A stretch of DNA of 63,798 nucleotides, filler included, from Licmophora abbreviata (GCA_900291995.1; 10 parts of 10 records of this genome joined end to end with filler, not necessarily neighbours in it), one strand, 5' to 3'; counted from the whole stretch's first letter, positions 1 to 11,070 are shown. Program-made: numbers and translations. Notes: generated from the sequence alone by a model not told the origin.

Positions 1-2
1 TT

Positions 3-509
3 GGCATTCGTCGGACTCTGGATCTAACGGGAGAAGCCATTGAAAACTACTCCGTGTCGCATCGGTCTCTTATGTCTTCCAGCACGCCCTACTCACCCGA
101 CAGCGAGGACGATATCGAGTATGACCCCGACGAGCCTGATGAGCTACGCGCTACTGTCGTCATGGAACAGATCCTACGAGCCGCCGATGTAGCACCCAAC
201 TTGCAGGGCTGGGATCACATGGAGAAATGGTCGTGTCGACTCTTCTTTGAGCTCATGGAATCGTATACGGCTGGGCGGGGGGAGAATCCAGAGAATGGGT
301 GGTACGACAACCAGATTACGTTTTTGGAGTCGTACACATTGCCTTTGGCGCGTCGTCTGAACGACACGGGGTCGTTCGGCGACATTGTCGGCCCCATGTT
401 CGCACGCGTTGTGCAAGAGAATAAGGAACGATGGATTGCCGATGGGGTTGACTTGACTGTGCAGGTCGGGCAGTCATGGGAAGATAATGCAAGAGCCGCG
501 GGGACATGA
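3..509 (+). CDS. 3' end of a cyclic-nucleotide phosphodiesterase (PDEase/HD-like) domain protein, 5'-truncated by the window
   Basis: The frame is open from the window start (GIRRTLDLTGEAIENY...). RATVVMEQILRAADVAPNLQGW...RLFFEL...NPENGWYDNQITFLESYTLPLARRL matches the PDEase C-terminal helices typical of diatom cyclase/PDE proteins. Confidence 0.75.
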   Translation, partial: GIRRTLDLTGEAIENYSVSHRSLMSSSTPYSPDSEDDIEYDPDEPDELRATVVMEQILRAADVAPNLQGWDHMEKWSCRLFFELMESYTAGRGENPENGWYDNQITFLESYTLPLARRLNDTGSFGDIVGPMFARVVQENKERWIADGVDLTVQVGQSWEDNARAAGT

Positions 510-617
510 CAAGTGAATTGTATGATAGCTACAAGATAAAAGTTTTAAAAGTAGAGCACCTCTCCATATCGACAAGTAGACAGTCGGGTTCGCGTTTAGT
601 CTCTTTTCTCTCTGCAT

Positions 618-941
618 TTATTTCTTCTTGACAACAATAGAAGAAATTTTGCCATCGTCATTGACTTCAATGGTCCTTGTCACGGTCAAGACGAAAACTC
701 CCATATCCTTGCTACCATCACATGTCACCTGATTTTCTGTGGATCCTTGCTCGAACGGTGTCCACTCTATTCCTTGCTTCATAATCTTCGGAATTTCTTC
801 CATCCATCGGTCCTTCCCCGTAAAGGACTTTAATGGCGACTGGATCACTACGTCCTCCGCCATGAGGGCGGCTGCTCCCTCAAAGTCGCTGGCTTGAGCG
901 AGGTCTGACCATGTCCACACCACTGCGAGTGAGGAGGCCAT
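618..941 (-). CDS. Small SnoaL/NTF2-like fold protein
   Basis: 107-aa ORF with DFEGAAALMAEDVVIQSP...GKD and terminal IEVNDDGKISSI, the usual NTF2/SnoaL pattern. Confidence 0.65.
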   Translation of the reverse strand: MASSLAVVWTWSDLAQASDFEGAAALMAEDVVIQSPLKSFTGKDRWMEEIPKIMKQGIEWTPFEQGSTENQVTCDGSKDMGVFVLTVTRTIEVNDDGKISSIVVKKK

Positions 942-1470
942 ACTGTCTACTTGTGAATCACTAGAATCGATCTCAGAGGCCGTTCGTTCGCCACAAAGTC
1001 ACAACAGGCTTGCTGTCAATCAATTAGTTGCCTGTTGAAGCTTTTATATCGTATGCAAAAGTAAGTCCACTCCAACCCAGAGGCAGTCTCGAATTCAGAA
1101 TGAACTACAGTGTATCCACACGCATTGTGGTGTCTCGGTGTCGCGCTCCGTCGCTCACGGTGCGTTGGGCCCGCACGACGGACGTTGAGACGGGAACCAA
1201 TCGATCACAGCACCTTATTTTCTTGCTTGTTTCCCTTCGCGCCTTCCAACGACATTTTCGTCATTTTTGTCTTTTGGAGTCATTTTTGATCGTGAAAATG
1301 TCGTTTCGACGGAATATTCTTTTTTCAGTATACATGTATAAATACACTGGAATGTTCAGATTCGGATCCGCCAGCTTTTCGGCCGTTCGCGAACGAAGGC
1401 GACAAACGAAGAAAGCGCCGGCCATCAGACGTGTGTGCTTGTTTGGCCACCCTTGTCGCTCTCGTTCACC

Positions 1471-4297
1471 ATGGCGTCCCACGCATCGACACTTCTGAGG
1501 CGTAGACACGCCCTCATGACTTCTATATTCACAAGAGGGGCCTCACAACGACGGAGAGGAAGATTTCGGCCTCTATCGTCCCACAGAACACCGGCGATCG
1601 TGACTGCGGCACAACAGGACGACTCTTCTCCTCTCTTCGCCGCTTCTGCTCTCCTAGCTGCGTCTGCAGTAGTTCTATCGGTATCCACTCTCACTGACCA
1701 CGACGAGACAAGGGCACGCTGCGATACAGCAGCAACGACCACAGCATTTCCCGTCGACGCTCATGCGACCTCGTCTGTCTCACCCACCACAAATCGAAAA
1801 CCCCGAAACGTCATGCTCCATCGCATGCGCAGCATCCGCGCAAGAAATCTCGAAGACAAGTACAAGGTGGACTGGTCGCATTGCCTTGGAGAGGGTGCCT
1901 ACGGCTCGGTCCATCCAGCACGTCTCGCAGCGACCGGTGAAAAGGCAAGTCTGGTAATGCATGTCGTAAGACATCGTTATATGTATACGGGAGGGTGTAG
2001 GTTTCATTCCGTTTGCATGATGGTGCCATAAGTAAAAATCAGAGGCGTCAATTGATCAATGACGCACAAAAGACATCAACTTTGAACGTCTGTTCCTGCC
2101 TCCACTCGGAAGCTGCCGGCGATGTAGTTTCTGTTTGGCGCGCCCTCGTCTAGGAACTGCGGAAAAGACTATGCTGGAAAATTGTCTTCTCATAGTTATC
2201 CATCCCATCTGTTGTTTCACAGGTTGCTTTGAAGAAGATCTCCAAGCAGTACACCAATTCCTCCAACTTCAAGAACGAGACTGATGCATTGCTTAGAATA
2301 TACGACAGTGGCGGACACCCCAACATTTCGGGCCTACGTGACATGTACGAAGACTACACACACTACTACTTGATTCTCGATCTCGTATCGGGTGGAGAAA
2401 TGTTTGAACATCTCATCAACTATGGAGCTTATTCCGAAGCCGATGCGGCGCGCTTGATGCACGAGGTCGCCTCGGCATTGGCATTCCTGCATGGCGAGGG
2501 CGTGAGTCACTGCGATTTGAAGCCGGAAAATCTATTGCTGTGTTCAAAGAATCGATTAGATGGAACGATCAAGATCATTGATTTCGGGTGTGCCGTTGTT
2601 GAAAGTATCGACGACAAAAAAATCAAGCGGGAAACTGGCGATATCGTTTCGACAGGAACAACGCCGTACTGGCCACCAGAACGCTTCAAAAAGGGCGCTG
2701 TACCGAATGCACCAATGGACATGTGGAGCGTTGGGGTTATTCTGTATATTATGCTTTGTGGTTTTCATCCATTCGACATGCCCGGCAAGTCCACGGACGA
2801 TGAAATCGGCCAACGAATTCTCACGAATCCATCGCCACCTCTTGACCCCGAGTATACGTCGCACTTGTCAGAGTCCGCCATTGATCTCATAAAGAAACTA
2901 ATGGAAAAGAACCCAAAAAAGCGCATGACTGCATACAGCATGCTGCAGCATCCGTGGGTGAGAGGAGAAACGGCAACCAAAGACAAGATGCAGGACTCCG
3001 ACAAGAAGCTTTCTCGATTCAAAGATCTTCGGCAGCAGCTCGAGGCGGGTGTGTTTGCTGTTCTAGTGAGTCAAGCCCATAAGAATTACACCATTAGCGA
3101 GGCGAAAGTGAAGTCGAAGGAGCGCACTGAGAATTCATCGCACATCATGAACGTGCCTTTGATGTGTTTGATGCCGAAGGAAAGGGCTTTGTGACGACAA
3201 AGGACTTGGGTCGCGTTGTCAGTGAACGTACCGAGGCGGAGGTATCATCGATCGATACAATGGAATATATTGCCACAAAACGAGGCGAGAATACTCCAGG
3301 GGATACAGCCGAGAATTTGTCGCTGTCCGATTTCTCGAATCTCTTTTCTGGTATCCAGCACAAGCACTTTCCGCGAGGTCATGCCATTTTTCGAGCGGGC
3401 GACGAAGGTGACGCCATGTATTTCCTAAATTCAGGGAGAGTTGAGATCCAGACTCGAAAAGGTCAGCTTGTGTCGATATTGAGAAGCGGGGACTTCTTCG
3501 GGGAAGGGAGTCTACTCGATGGATATAGCAAACGGTTCACGACGGCGAGATGCTCGACTCCAGTGGATGTCATTCAGATCAAGAAAGAAGACTTTGACCG
3601 ATACGTGGCCTCCTCCTCAGATACAAAAAGGGACCTCCGTGTGAAGTGGCGTGCCAGACAGCTAGCGTACGCAAAAAATCTGATTCGTTTGCAAACGAAC
3701 GTCAAAACCCGCATCCTGAAGAAGGGAGACGTCGTCTACCGCGAAGGGGAGAGAGCCGAATCCATGTTTCGAGTATTCGATGATGATGGAGGAGAGCTGG
3801 AAGTGACGCATGGGGGAGTGAAGGTTCATATCTATGGGGAGGGAGAGTCTTTCGGGGAATCATCACTGTTGCTTGATCAGAAACGATCGTCCACAGTCAC
3901 ATGCGTTTCAGACTCATGTCGATTACACGAAATGCGAAGAGATGACTTTCTTGCCGTAGTTGAGTCGTCTCCTGAGATGGCCAAGTCCCTTCGTCTCATG
4001 TGTCTGAAGCGCCTCTTCAAGAAGGCTGTCAAGGCTTACTCACTTTCTAAGAAGCGGGGTCTGACGGACGACGACATTGTGGCGGCGTTTCACGACGCTG
4101 ACGTGGACGACTCTGGAACTCTAAATTTTCAAGAAATCAAAGCGCTGATGCACCACATGGATCCGTCATTTCCCGAAAAGGATATTGAGACGCTGATGAA
4201 GTTTATCGATATTGACGGCGAAGGTGTGGTCCAGCTAGACGCTTTCAAGAAACTCTTCCGGCAGTTTGAGACTTTCGAGGACGAGGAAGACAATTAG
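1471..4297 (+). CDS. CAMK/CDPK-like Ser/Thr kinase with EF-hands and two cNMP-binding domains (exons 1471-1944 and 2223-4297; apparent frameshift at ~3150)
   Basis: Kinase motifs: LGEGAYGSV, GEK|VALKKI after splicing, HCDLKPEN, DFG, GTTPYWPPE, DMWSVG. Restoring one A at 3150 gives IMKRAFDVFDAEGKG. cNMP cassettes: GDFFGEGSLL..R and GESFGESSLL..R. EF loops: DVDDSGTLNFQE and DIDGEGVVQLDA. Confidence 0.9.
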
Positions 4298-4439
4298 AAA
4301 TGTTGCGTGTACTGTTCTCTGGACTGTAGAGCAAAAGAGAAGAAGAAGTGCTGCCATGCTTGCGCACACAGAACAATGAGAAAGATGAAGCACTTGTAAT
4401 TACTAGAGAAGAAAAGGTTTTAGACGACATGCCGTCTTG

Positions 4440-5477
4440 TTACTTGTTTCCACTGAAGTACTGATCGGCAAGGACATTCTGCGATAGTTTGCCAAAGTTT
4501 CCCGGAAAGCTCTCCGGTATGCACTCGACACCCAAATCTTCGACAAGCACGACTTGGGCGTCATCGACTACAGCAATACGTTCCTTCATCTTCTTGGAGA
4601 GAAAGGCCTTGGTCGTCTTGATGATAGCCTTGGTCCACCACGGCGCGTCTGTCATGTAGAACTGCTTCATCTGGATGGGAAGCACGCCAATTGTGAATCG
4701 ATCGATCTTCATGCCCAACTGAGGTGGCATCAAGGTCATGGCCTTCCAGAACGACAGGTTGGCCATGTTCTGAACCACCACCATGCCAGCTGCAGTGTTG
4801 GACTGAAACAAGAGGTAATGCGTCAGCCAGACAAAGAGACGAAGTGTGTCTGTCGACGACAGGTCCTTGATACGATTCACATCAATGGCAGCAAAGTCGA
4901 TCCACCAGACGAGACGTCCTTCTTTGTCGGTGCTGACAGTCATTTTCCAAGCGTCGAATGCGTCCTGGAGCGAGTCGATCGTCAGAGGAGGGTCAATAAG
5001 ATCACGTCCCGTACTGTCCATCCAGGTGGCGTATCCTTCGAGTCTTCGAAAGGCCTTCGAGACATTGTAGGATTCTTCCTCGCTCTCATCGACACGAGCC
5101 CACTGGAGGAAGGCCAGAAAGAGATCGTCAAGCGTCTTATCGAAGGCAGCGACCGGTGCAGTGGCAAAGTTCCACTTTTGAGGTCTCTTTTGACTCGCAT
5201 GGGTCGACTTGGCACTGTCTACGAACTTCTTTAGCGCCACGAGCGCTTCGTCCAAGGAGGAGACAAGCACGTCGCTCTGGTTCTTCGTGCCGCCGTCGGC
5301 AGAGCGAAAGTTCTGGACGCGGGAAGTGACCATCTCATGCGCCGAAGTTCCGAATTCTTGGAAGGATTTCTTAAGCTCTCCGAGCGTCCTGGGCTCTGCC
5401 GCCGCGACGGGAGGATCCTCTACTCCTGCCGAGCCCACGCTTCCATCGGTCGTTGTCGCTGTACTGTTTTCCGTCAT
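4440..5477 (-). CDS. CRAL-TRIO (Sec14-like) lipid-binding protein
   Basis: FLAFLQWAR...AFRRLEGYATW, DKEGRLVWWID, GMVVVQNM and PIQMKQFYMTDAPWW...FLSKKMKERI match the CRAL-TRIO pattern. Confidence 0.85.
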   Translation of the reverse strand: MTENSTATTTDGSVGSAGVEDPPVAAAEPRTLGELKKSFQEFGTSAHEMVTSRVQNFRSADGGTKNQSDVLVSSLDEALVALKKFVDSAKSTHASQKRPQKWNFATAPVAAFDKTLDDLFLAFLQWARVDESEEESYNVSKAFRRLEGYATWMDSTGRDLIDPPLTIDSLQDAFDAWKMTVSTDKEGRLVWWIDFAAIDVNRIKDLSSTDTLRLFVWLTHYLLFQSNTAAGMVVVQNMANLSFWKAMTLMPPQLGMKIDRFTIGVLPIQMKQFYMTDAPWWTKAIIKTTKAFLSKKMKERIAVVDDAQVVLVEDLGVECIPESFPGNFGKLSQNVLADQYFSGNK

Positions 5478-5888
5478 GCTGTTGTCTAGAGTACACAGTA
5501 TCTGAGGAAGCAATGCAACGCTGCCGTTTCACAGTGTGTTCAAAAAAATATGTGAGTGACTCGTGAAGAGCGCGCATTTTGTTGCACCACCAATGCCATG
5601 ACGGCGACCTCAACGGAAGATTCTGGCCAAAATATGATAAAAGAAGATATATTTTGAACTTTCGAACCATTTCAAAGGCACAATGGACCAAAATTAAAGT
5701 TTTGGCCAAAGTTTGGTTGAAACATACTCAGGTCTGAAGATAAATTTACATGAGTTTGGCGCCAAACTTCACAAAAGTGACACATCGCGATGGTGTGGGC
5801 GGCACCCGGTCCCCGGCGTTGTTGCCATGATATTACACACCGTCGCGGGGTTCTCCTCTTCTGTTCTCCTATCTATATCCACACCACA

Positions 5889-6809
5889 ATGCCATCGAGA
5901 GCACAGTCTACCCTTGCTTTCGTCGCTACCATCGGAATAGCGTCTCTCTTCTTCTGGTCGTATCGAAGAAAGGACAGATCATGTCGTCGAAACACAGAGT
6001 CCCCTATTTTTCTATCCAAACAAGACCTTGCCACTCTTTCACAAGACGAACTCATACAGATATTTTACGAATGCGCTCGACTAGCATCGCAACTAGAGCA
6101 TTTACGGAACGGGGACAAGCTCATGCTGTATGGCTTATACAAGCAGGCCACAGCAGGTGACTGCACGGCCCTCACTCCGAGTCGCATGCAGCTTGTCGCT
6201 CATGCCAAGCACTCCGCCTGGAGCAGATTTCGGGGCATGACGAAGAGTCTCGCAATGAGATACTATGTCGAAGCCATACAAGACTTCTTTCAAGATGATC
6301 ATCCTGCATTGGACGACAATGAGGACGACGAGGACGAGGATGACTACATGGTTGACGTTACGAGTATGGGACTGCGACCAAGCATGCCACAACAAGAACA
6401 AGAGAAAGACGAGGTACACGAGAGTGAACTATCGTGGAACGACCGGATGGTGCGAGCATCGAGTCGAGATGACTGGAAGGGACTCAGGGTTGCACTGGAG
6501 AACGGTGCTGATGTGACTGCGACTGACGAGTCCGGACAGAGTTGTCTTCATTTTGCGGCGGATCGAGGGGAAGCGGACATTGTGCAGCTTCTGCTAGATC
6601 ACGGAGCTGACCCGAACGCAAGTGATCACGAGGGTATTAGTGTCTTGCAGGCGGCTGTGATTGCCGGGCATGTTGAAGTGACAAGAATTTTGCTCCAAGC
6701 AGGCGCCGACCCCGATCAGCAAGACATGGATGGCGACTCGGCAAAATCTTGCGCCGCAGACGACGGCTCCAAAGCCATGAAGCAGCTATTCATGATAAAA
6801 GAACAATAA
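5889..6809 (+). CDS. Acyl-CoA-binding protein with an N-terminal membrane anchor and C-terminal ankyrin repeats (ACBD6 / plant class II ACBP-like)
   Basis: Hydrophobic N-terminus, ACBP motif KLMLYGLYKQATAGDC...AKHSAW, and ankyrin repeats GQSCLHFAADRG and GISVLQAAVIAG. Confidence 0.9.
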   Translation: MPSRAQSTLAFVATIGIASLFFWSYRRKDRSCRRNTESPIFLSKQDLATLSQDELIQIFYECARLASQLEHLRNGDKLMLYGLYKQATAGDCTALTPSRMQLVAHAKHSAWSRFRGMTKSLAMRYYVEAIQDFFQDDHPALDDNEDDEDEDDYMVDVTSMGLRPSMPQQEQEKDEVHESELSWNDRMVRASSRDDWKGLRVALENGADVTATDESGQSCLHFAADRGEADIVQLLLDHGADPNASDHEGISVLQAAVIAGHVEVTRILLQAGADPDQQDMDGDSAKSCAADDGSKAMKQLFMIKEQ

Positions 6810-6886
6810 CGGATAAGCGTCCATTTTACTTTTTTTAGCCATGCATACACATGCGGACAGTTTTACTTGCAGGCAATTTTGTTTCG

Positions 6887-9619
6887 TCAATAATCAATCT
6901 CAACCAGGATCGACGCGAGGCTGAACGGGCCAGTTCGTGTGCCATGCTTGTGGTACAACCCAATCGACCGATACCCACGTCGCAGGCATCTGAAAGGAAT
7001 CACGGCATGCCCCACCTTGTCGTCGAGTCCCACATCCTCTTCCATTAAGGTGAAGTGAATCATAGCTACTTCTGGACTCTCGATCGTAAACTCTTGAAAA
7101 TCCGTGTCGTTCCATACAGGGCAGAATCCGTTGTCGTCAACGCACTTATTTGAATACGTTGTGCTCTTGTACTCTTCCTTTCCTTCCTTCGTGATGACGT
7201 CGTGTGCTGTCACCTGAACATACGGGTCAATGTTCTCTCCAGTAGTAGCTCCATTCGGTTTGGGAAGACAGCTCCCACTCAGGATTCGGAATCTAAACAT
7301 GACCGGATCAGCGGGGGTGTACTTCAAAGCAGCCGGGGGCTTCAGGACGTACCCGCACTGCCCGTTCTGGAGGAACATTCCATCATTCAACAAAAGAGGA
7401 GTATCAGACGTCTGAAAATTCAATGCCACCAGCTGACATCCCACGGCCCAGGCAAGGACCGGATTGTAGTTGGACGAGTCGAGCCTTGAGCCAGCTGGGT
7501 AGGTGCGGGTCATGTGATTCACGTTGTACAAGCGCCATTTCGCGCCGTTCTCCGGATCTTTTGCAAGGATTTTACCAATCTTGGTTTCTCCGATAGAGTG
7601 CATGTGCGATGGTGGTTCTTCGATGGACTTATCAAATGACTTGAACTTGAGTCCGTGAAACAAGGTCAAGCACGCAAGCTCGGCAACAATCTTGGATGGC
7701 TTCGGGGCAGCCTTAGAATCGGGACTTCCGGTTGTCTGTGCACTCTTCGAAGCCTTGCGACCTGGAGCCTTGGGAGGGGACTTTGCGGAAGGGTCGTACG
7801 GATCGTAATCTTCTTCTGTCTCGTCACCTTCGACAGCACTGTCGTCTGGCTCGGGAGGGCGTTTGCCCTTTATGATGACTTTGCCACGAAGTTCCTCGGG
7901 AGATAGCAGCATCTTCGACGTATCTTTGCCGCCTTCACCTTCGAATTTCGGAACGTACAAAAAGTCGCCCAAGATCTCACGGAGACATTTTGCCATGACA
8001 GTTTGAAAGGGGTGGCTGCAGTGATTCTCGAGAGAGAGAATAACGGGGAGAGTATCTTTGTTCTCATCCATGTATGCCTTGACTCCGCGGACAATGTCTG
8101 CAAAACAAATCTTCGTGGTGAGAGTGTGTCCATGAAAGACAACGGGAATCGGTTCCCCATCCGGTGAAGTCTCCCCGTCCCAACAATCCAGCTCGAGACA
8201 TTTGCAACCTCGGTGCAACGACTTCATGTACATTTCCACCGACGAAGTCGACCTGAGCTGATCACCGGTGAGGTATGTGTTGTGCGACGTGTTTATCCAG
8301 TACTGACTCATTGGACGGTTTAAGGAGCCCATGTCCAACTGAAGAGCATCCGGATTGTAGGCATCATTGATGGAATGATGAAGGAACGCCTGGAACCGGA
8401 ACCTACTCAAGTGACCATCCTTGACTGGCAACTTGGCTTCGTCTCGATGCATCTCAACCTTGTTGATAATTCCGAAGAGGAGCCTGACATCAGCCTCCGT
8501 CGCATCCGTTTCCTTTTGCAAAGGATGCATAAAGCGCTCGAGAAACTGACTGGTCGACACATACTTGGTGTCCTCTCCGAAGACTTCGTTCCAGATCCGC
8601 AACGCCATACTCTCCGCTTTGACTCCTTCGACCTTGCCATATTTGATGCGCGTCAACAGGTCCATCGTTTGACGATAGGTAAGCTGCTTGACCTCTTTCT
8701 CACGACAGAACTCCTTATACACCTTTTTCGGATTCTTGATGTACAAGTTGATGCGATTGAGGAGTTTGAGAAATTCCTTTTCTCCCACCGATCCGTCCTG
8801 ATCCGCATCAATGTCGTACCAGATGTAGCGGAGTAATCCCGCTTCGTTAAAGATGTACGCCTGTGCATCTTGATACGCCTTCATCATGCCACGAACCGCT
8901 CCGACGAATGCCTTTCTTTCGCTCGCATTGGCAATCAAAACATCAAGGTTTTGATTTCCGTGATGGCGAAGTGTCACAATCTGCGACGCATCCACATCAA
9001 CCTTACTGTCGAGTCCCTTGAGACGACTGTTCTCTCTCGCCAACTCCAATTTGCGAGTTCCCACTACACTCGTCTGAATACTATCCAAATCGCTGACATC
9101 AATGTATCGCACGAACTGATCCCGCACATCGCGCGTACCGAATCCTCGAATGCCCTTGCGCGTAAAGACGGGTAGCGGCAATTTGGTCGCGACCGTACTC
9201 ATCGCACCGCCCTTGACTTTGGCGTGTGTCACGAAAATAGCAAAGTTTTCTTCACTGATGGTGAGAATTCGAGACTTGGACTTGCCAAAGGAGGTAATTT
9301 TGGTTACGCGGATGCCGTCATGAAGCGATTCGGAGACGGGGACTTGTGCCATACAAGACTTCAAGTAGCCCTCAATGGGAGACTGGATCTGGGTAAACTC
9401 CTTGACACTGGCACCCAGTAGATTAGGTTGGTCAGCCTCGAGACGACCAAAGCGAGAGAGAGGCTTCTTCTCGTTAGGTCTAGCTTCGGGAAGCTGTTCG
9501 CCCTCGTCTTGTTCGTTGTCGACAACTTCAGCAGCTGTAGTACCAAAGATCGCCTGAGAGATCGTGTCAAACGTACTCGGCTGATTTTCCAGCGGTTTTT
9601 CTGGGGATGCAGTCGCCAT
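6887..9619 (-). CDS. PLC: Phosphoinositide-specific phospholipase C (PH, EF, X, Y and C2 domains)
   Basis: X box YWINTSHNTYLTGDQL, CLELDCWDG, VFHGHTLT, ILSLENHCS; Y box RTYPAGSRLDSSNYNP, VALNFQT; C2 domain DPYV...NGFCPVW...GYRSI. Both catalytic His are present. Confidence 0.97.
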   Translation of the reverse strand: MATASPEKPLENQPSTFDTISQAIFGTTAAEVVDNEQDEGEQLPEARPNEKKPLSRFGRLEADQPNLLGASVKEFTQIQSPIEGYLKSCMAQVPVSESLHDGIRVTKITSFGKSKSRILTISEENFAIFVTHAKVKGGAMSTVATKLPLPVFTRKGIRGFGTRDVRDQFVRYIDVSDLDSIQTSVVGTRKLELARENSRLKGLDSKVDVDASQIVTLRHHGNQNLDVLIANASERKAFVGAVRGMMKAYQDAQAYIFNEAGLLRYIWYDIDADQDGSVGEKEFLKLLNRINLYIKNPKKVYKEFCREKEVKQLTYRQTMDLLTRIKYGKVEGVKAESMALRIWNEVFGEDTKYVSTSQFLERFMHPLQKETDATEADVRLLFGIINKVEMHRDEAKLPVKDGHLSRFRFQAFLHHSINDAYNPDALQLDMGSLNRPMSQYWINTSHNTYLTGDQLRSTSSVEMYMKSLHRGCKCLELDCWDGETSPDGEPIPVVFHGHTLTTKICFADIVRGVKAYMDENKDTLPVILSLENHCSHPFQTVMAKCLREILGDFLYVPKFEGEGGKDTSKMLLSPEELRGKVIIKGKRPPEPDDSAVEGDETEEDYDPYDPSAKSPPKAPGRKASKSAQTTGSPDSKAAPKPSKIVAELACLTLFHGLKFKSFDKSIEEPPSHMHSIGETKIGKILAKDPENGAKWRLYNVNHMTRTYPAGSRLDSSNYNPVLAWAVGCQLVALNFQTSDTPLLLNDGMFLQNGQCGYVLKPPAALKYTPADPVMFRFRILSGSCLPKPNGATTGENIDPYVQVTAHDVITKEGKEEYKSTTYSNKCVDDNGFCPVWNDTDFQEFTIESPEVAMIHFTLMEEDVGLDDKVGHAVIPFRCLRRGYRSIGLYHKHGTRTGPFSLASILVEIDY

Positions 9620-10038
9620 GATGATGATGATTCGAAGGATCAAGGCCACCCGCAACGCTCAATCCTGTTCTCAGTGAAACAATGAAAACCACACGTCTCA
9701 GAGCAGAACCGGGCGCGGCTTTGCATGTGAATGGGTGTGTATGTTTTTTGAATTCCAAAACCGGAAAAACAGGAAACAGATCAAGATCGCAACATCCGGG
9801 TTTCGACCGTGGTAATGACCTTGACCCATGGTACATATCGTGTAGAATTCTACGCGAAAGGCATGCAGAGTCAATGACTTTTGGAGCTGATGAATGACAC
9901 CCGCCGGCTTCTCATCGTGGTATCGTCGGTTTTGGATCCTGTGTAAAACAGAACTTGAAACTGCATGTTGAATGTGCAGTGTGTAGGATACTTGGAACTG
10001 GTACAACACCTGTCTGGTAACCGCGTTTCACCTGCACC

Positions 10039-11070
10039 ATGGCCTTTCTAAAGAACGTGCTCGACCCGATGGGTCTCACTACGGACGATGACATGGGCAC
10101 GATCTTCATCACGTCGGGAACCAGCGTGGTTGGCTACCGCGTGGCCACGAACCTCCTCGAAGCCGGCTACAAGGACATCCGGGTCGGAATCTGGAAGGGT
10201 CCCCGTCAGCTCGGAGTCGATCCGTCCATCGGACAGAAGGTTGCTGAGGAACTGGAGGGCAAGGGCGCTACGATCGTATCCTTCGACTGGACCAAGGAAG
10301 AGCAGTACGGCATGGCCCTCACCGGAGTCAAGTCTGTCTTTTGTGCCCTCCCTCTCATCGAATCGTCTGTGGACACCTTCTCCACCTTCACCAAGGCCTG
10401 TCGCAAGGCCAAGGTCGACCACTTTGTCAAGCTTTCATTCATTCACACGAAAGGAGATAAGAACGCTGACACCTACCAGGATTTCGTCTCGCATGTCAAG
10501 TTCCTTCGTGCGTGCGATGACGTTCTTACGAACAAGTCCGTGATGGAAGCTCCCATGACGTACACCCTCCTCTGCACCGCACACTTGATGTCGGCTCCAC
10601 TCGTGTATCAGGGAGAGGCTCTGCGCAAGGAACACAAGTACGTCACTGCCTCCTACGCTATGGGCGTCAACTACGTGAGTCCCAACGACATTGCACGAGC
10701 TGCTGTTGTGGTCCTTGTCAACCGAAAGAAACACCGGAACGTGGTCTACCAGCTTTCGGGTTATATGATCACCGACAAGAACGTTGCCTCGTGGCTCTCC
10801 AAGTTTTATGGATCCAAAGTGCATCACGAAGCGATTGGTCTACACGAGTTTGAAGCCGAATTCAAGAAGCGGGGCTTTCCCGATTGGCAGGTCAAGCACT
10901 TCGCGACCCTGGAAAAGGCCAAGGCAAGCGGGGTCGATGAACGTGGATCGAACTACACACAGGACTTGGAAAAGCTCCTAGGTAACAAGAAGCCGGAACG
11001 TTTCAAGGAGTTCCTTCACGACAAAAATGCCATGACTCTTCAGGAAAATCCTGAACGTATCTCCGTGTAG
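10039..11070 (+). CDS. NmrA-like NAD(P)-binding (atypical SDR) protein
   Basis: TIFITSGTSVVGYRVA Rossmann-like start, ALTGVKSVF, VDHFVKLS, VNYVSPNDIARAA, TQDLEKLLG. Confidence 0.85.
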   Translation: MAFLKNVLDPMGLTTDDDMGTIFITSGTSVVGYRVATNLLEAGYKDIRVGIWKGPRQLGVDPSIGQKVAEELEGKGATIVSFDWTKEEQYGMALTGVKSVFCALPLIESSVDTFSTFTKACRKAKVDHFVKLSFIHTKGDKNADTYQDFVSHVKFLRACDDVLTNKSVMEAPMTYTLLCTAHLMSAPLVYQGEALRKEHKYVTASYAMGVNYVSPNDIARAAVVVLVNRKKHRNVVYQLSGYMITDKNVASWLSKFYGSKVHHEAIGLHEFEAEFKKRGFPDWQVKHFATLEKAKASGVDERGSNYTQDLEKLLGNKKPERFKEFLHDKNAMTLQENPERISV

